NCBI GenBank assembly: GCA_963702425.1 | Contig: CAVPCQ010000036.1 | Span: 13,937 to 77,936 of the forward strand | Reading direction: 5' to 3' | Length of the DNA: 64,000 nucleotides | Source of the DNA: an uncultured Acidobacteriota bacterium | GTDB taxonomy: Bacteria > Acidobacteriota > Polarisedimenticolia > J045 | Shown: positions 60,077-64,000 of the stretch, one piece after another | How positions within the stretch are numbered: position 1 is the first letter of the stretch | How the letters are laid out: each line of letters begins with the position of its first letter | The notes under the pieces: model-generated | Told to the model about the DNA's origin: nothing | Database searches by the model: none | What the model saw: the letters and a program-made list of their open reading frames with translations, nothing else | Translations under genes and position numbers: made by a program

Positions 60077-60222
60077 CGGGTCCTCGGATCCTCGGGTCGC
60101 GGCGCGCGCGGCCGACCGCCGGCAGCGGCGCGCGCGGGTGGGAATCGTAGGCCCCGGGAGCCTCCTTCGTCTCCCCCTCCCGTCCCGCGGACCCCGCGGC
60201 GTTGTGTGCTAGGGTGCGCCCC

Positions 60223-61497
60223 ATGTCCGCGGCCCCGCCTGACGGCCAGCCTTCCGTCGCCCGAGCCCTCTTCAGCCGCCCGATGCTGGTCTCGCTGCTG
60301 CTGGGCTTCTCCAGCGGCCTTCCTCTGCTCCTGGTCGGGTCGACGCTGCAGGCCTGGATGGTCGACCAGAAGGTCGACCTCAAGCAGATCGGCCTGTTCA
60401 CGCTGGTCGGCCTGCCTTACACGCTGAAGTTCCTCTGGTCGCCGGTCTTCGACCGTTTCGTGCCCCCCTTCTTCGGCCGCCGGCGGGGCTGGCTGCTGAT
60501 CACTCAGCTCGCGCTCCTGGTGGCGATCGGGGCGCTCTCGACCGCGCAGCCGGAGCGCAGCCCGCTGGCGGTCGCGCTGCTCGCGCTGGGGGTGACCTTC
60601 GCCAGCGCCTCGCAGGACATCGTCGCCGACGCCTGGCGGCGCGAGTCGTTCTCGGACCGCGAGCTGGGGCTGGCGACCTCGATCTTCATCAACGGCTACC
60701 GGGCCGCGATGCTCGTCTCGGGCGCGCTGGCGCTCTACCTCGCCGACCGGATCCCGTGGCACGACGTCTACCTGCTGATGGCCGGCCTGGTCGGGGTCGG
60801 CGTCCTGACGACACTGATCGCCGGAGAGCCCGCGGTCTCGGGGCCGCCGCCGCGCGGCCTGCGCGAGACGGTGCTCGGCCCGCTGCAGGAGTTCTTCCAG
60901 CGCCTCGGCCTGCGCGAGGCGCTGCTCGTGCTGCTGTTCGTCCTGCTCTACAAGGTCGGCGACCAGATGGCCTCGGCGATGACCACCCCGTTCGCGCTCG
61001 CGCTGGGCTTCTCCAAGACCGACCTGGCGGCGATCGTCAAGGTCTTCGGCCTGGCGTCGATGATGGCCGGGGCATTCGTCGGCGGGCTGGCGATGGTGCG
61101 GCTGGGGATCCACCGCGCGCTCTGGATCTTCGGCGTGCTGCAGGCGCTGGGGATCCTCGTCTTCGCGGCGCTGGCCCAGGCCGGCAAGGACTACGGCCTG
61201 CTGGCGGCGGCGGTCTCGGCCGAGAACTTCTCGTTCGGGCTCGGCACGTCGGCCTATTCGGCCTACATGGCGAGCGTCACCAACCGCCGCTTCACGGCCA
61301 CGCAACTGGCCCTGCTCTCGAGCCTGATGGGGGTCCCGCGCGTGCTGCTCTCGGCGCCGACCGGGATCCTGGCCGAGGCGCTCGGCTGGACCGGGTTCTT
61401 CGTCTTCTGCGCGCTGGCGGCGATCCCCGGGCTGCTGCTGCTGCCCAAGGTCGCGCCGTGGCGCGGCCCGGGCGCGCCGGGGGATCCCGCGCGATAA
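60223..61497 (+). CDS. ampG: AmpG family MFS muropeptide permease
   Basis: LGFSSGLP, PYTLKFLWSP, GRRRGW, SASQDIVADAWR, TATQLALLSSL. Confidence 0.93.
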   Translation: MSAAPPDGQPSVARALFSRPMLVSLLLGFSSGLPLLLVGSTLQAWMVDQKVDLKQIGLFTLVGLPYTLKFLWSPVFDRFVPPFFGRRRGWLLITQLALLVAIGALSTAQPERSPLAVALLALGVTFASASQDIVADAWRRESFSDRELGLATSIFINGYRAAMLVSGALALYLADRIPWHDVYLLMAGLVGVGVLTTLIAGEPAVSGPPPRGLRETVLGPLQEFFQRLGLREALLVLLFVLLYKVGDQMASAMTTPFALALGFSKTDLAAIVKVFGLASMMAGAFVGGLAMVRLGIHRALWIFGVLQALGILVFAALAQAGKDYGLLAAAVSAENFSFGLGTSAYSAYMASVTNRRFTATQLALLSSLMGVPRVLLSAPTGILAEALGWTGFFVFCALAAIPGLLLLPKVAPWRGPGAPGDPAR

Positions 61498-61524
61498 TCG
61501 CCCGGCGCGCACGGAGGCCCCCCG

Positions 61525-61791
61525 ATGCCCAGCCCCCTGACCGGTCCCCTGTTCCGCTTCGCCGAGCGGCTGCGCTTCCCGCAGCTCTTCGCGCTGACGG
61601 CCGGGCTGTTCCTGCTCGATCTGGTCGTGCCCGACCTGATCCCCTTCGTCGACGAGATCCTGCTCGGCCTGCTGACGCTGCTGTTCGCGAGTTGGCGGCG
61701 GAAGCGCACGGAGCCGGTGCGGACGGACAGCCGGCCGGGTGGCCGGCCGGGCGACGACGCGCGCGTCGTCCAGGGTGAGACGGTGCGCTGA
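61525..61791 (+). CDS. Small membrane protein (DUF6116-like)
   Basis: GGAGG SD; RLRFPQLF...PDLIPFVDEILLGL. Confidence 0.7.
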   Translation: MPSPLTGPLFRFAERLRFPQLFALTAGLFLLDLVVPDLIPFVDEILLGLLTLLFASWRRKRTEPVRTDSRPGGRPGDDARVVQGETVR

Positions 61792-61842
61792 GGCGGGGCA
61801 TGGTGCGGGCCGCGCAACGCGGGCCGCCACGGAGGGCGGCCC

Positions 61843-63553
61843 CTATCGGGTTCCGGGCGGGTCGGCGTTGCGCAGGCTCTTGCGGAAGCCGTACAGGGCG
61901 TAGATCACGAGCCCCAGCAGCAGCCAGATGATGAACCGCTCCCAGGCGGTCTCCGGCAGGCTCAGCATCAGCGCCCCGCAGAGCAGGATCCCCAGCGCCG
62001 GGAGGATGTGCCGGCGCAGCAGCAGGAAGAACGCCACCAGGAGCGGCCACTGCAGCCACCACGGCAGCAGCGACCAGCCGTGGAGAACCTGGGCCTCGAC
62101 CGCGTGCATCGTCCAGACCAGCGCCTTGATCGGCCAGAGCACGGCCGCCAGCGACGACGGCGGCGATGGGAAGGGGCCGACCCCGGCCAGGGCGTTCGGG
62201 CCGATCTCCGGCCACGGGACCATGGTGTTGATCAGCAGCGCCACCGCGAGCACGGCCAGTGCGATCAACCAGCCACCCGGCACGCGGAACGGCCGCGGCC
62301 GCCCTGGATCGGTCCTCCGCAGCACGATCACTCCCGCGCAGACGATGATGAATGCGAACAGCGTGCCGATCGAGCAGAGCTCGGCCACCACGCCGATCGG
62401 CAGCAGGGCCGCGCCGACGCGACGACGATGCCGGTCAGGATCGTCGTGACGTAGGGCGTCCGGAAGCGCGGGTGGACCTGCGACAGCGCCGGGGGGAGCA
62501 GGCCGTCGCGCGACATCGCGAAGAGGATGCGCGGCTGCCCGAGCAGGAGCACCAGCAGCACGCTCGTGATCCCGGCGATCGCACCCAGGCTGATGATCGC
62601 GGAGGCCCAGGGCATCTGCAGCACGTTGAGCACCAGCGCCACCGGGTCGGCGACGCCGAGCTCGTTGTACGGAACGATGCCGGTCATGATCGCCGCCACC
62701 GCCATGTAGAGCACCGTCGCCACGGCCAGCGAGCGTCATGATGCCGATGGGCATGTCCTTCTGCGGGTTGATCGCCTCCTCGGCCGCGGTCGAGACCGCG
62801 TCGAACCCGACGTAGGCCAGGAAGACGATCGCCGCCGCCGTCATCACCCCGCCGAACCCGAACGGCAGGAACGGGTTCCAGTTCGCGGGTTGACGTACCA
62901 GACCGTCAGCGGGATGAAGAACACGATCACCGCCAGCTTGACGACCACGATCATGACGTTGACGCGCGAGCTTTCGTGGATGCCGCGGACCAGGAGCCAC
63001 GTGAGGAACGCGACGATGAGGATCGCGGGCAGGTTGATCCAGGCCCCGGTCGTCTCGAAGCGCGCGGCGCGGCGTTCCAAGCCAGGGGCGCGCTGGCGAT
63101 CGTCGGCGGGATCACGACGCCCAGCCCGCCGAGGAGGTTGTTGACCAGGTTGACGAAGTAGGCCGACCAGCCGATCGACACGAGGCAGGCCGCGACCATG
63201 TACTCGAGGATGAGGTCCCAGCCGATGATCCAGGCCGGAGCTCGCCGAGCGTCGGCGTAGCCGTAGGTGTAGGCCGACCCGGCGACCGGGATCATCGCCG
63301 CCAGCTCGGCGTAGCACAGGGCGGCGCAGGCGCAGGCCAGGGCCGCGATCGCGAACGACAGGATGATGCCGGGGCCGGCGTGGTTCGCCGCCTCGACGCC
63401 GGGCAGGACGAAGATGCCGACGCCGATGATGCAGCCGATGCCGAGCGCGCAGAGATCCCACGGGCCGAGCGTCTTTTTCAGGCGGTGGCCCTCCTCGGCC
63501 GTGTCGCCGCGCAGCAGGGAGAGCGGCTTGGTGCGGAAGAGCACGTGGCGCAT
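61843..63553 (-). CDS. APC-family (CAT/YfnA-like) amino acid permease, broken by about five frameshifts
   Basis: Motifs are spread over frames: [83 protein letters not shown]. Confidence 0.85.
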
Positions 63554-63588
63554 CGCGTCGTCTCCGGTCGTAGGGCGGGTCGGCACAG

Positions 63589-64000
<412 letters not shown>

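Overview
High-GC bacterial chromosome segment. The pilin type, the TPR-tonB-exbB-exbD-exbD cluster and the FG-GAP protein suggest Acidobacteriota, which is an inference and not proven. About 29 kb (4044-32971, all minus strand) is a type IVa pilus locus: pilMNOPQ, a lipoprotein, a Roadblock protein, accBC, pilBTC, pilSR and two sigma54-driven pilins with GspG-like heads. Next comes a likely pilin-glycosylation cassette: a 1259-aa protein with two tandem O-antigen-ligase/OTase modules, GT2, a WecA-like transferase, a eukaryote-type UDP-galactopyranose-mutase-like flavoprotein and GT4. The locus ends with a PilHI/Xap-like ABC transporter, a TPR protein and pilD. The right half holds rpmB, a TonB/ExbBD motor cluster, a STAS protein, ridA, rel, yajC-secD-secF, pgeF, tRNA-Ser(GCT), asparaginase, a sirtuin, a CarH-like regulator coupled to a Cu(I) ATPase, a decayed MNT-HEPN pair, a PP2C phosphatase, ydbST-like genes, a ClC, ampG, an amino-acid permease and a DUF1028-like gene end. 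Best leads: the twin-OTase/furanose pilin glycosylation system, an HhH-like insertion in SecF, a His-to-Tyr CarH-like regulator upstream of copA, and an orphan promoter driving a candidate C-rich sRNA. Several frameshifts and a 62-nt poly-A run point to indel errors that worsen toward the right end.
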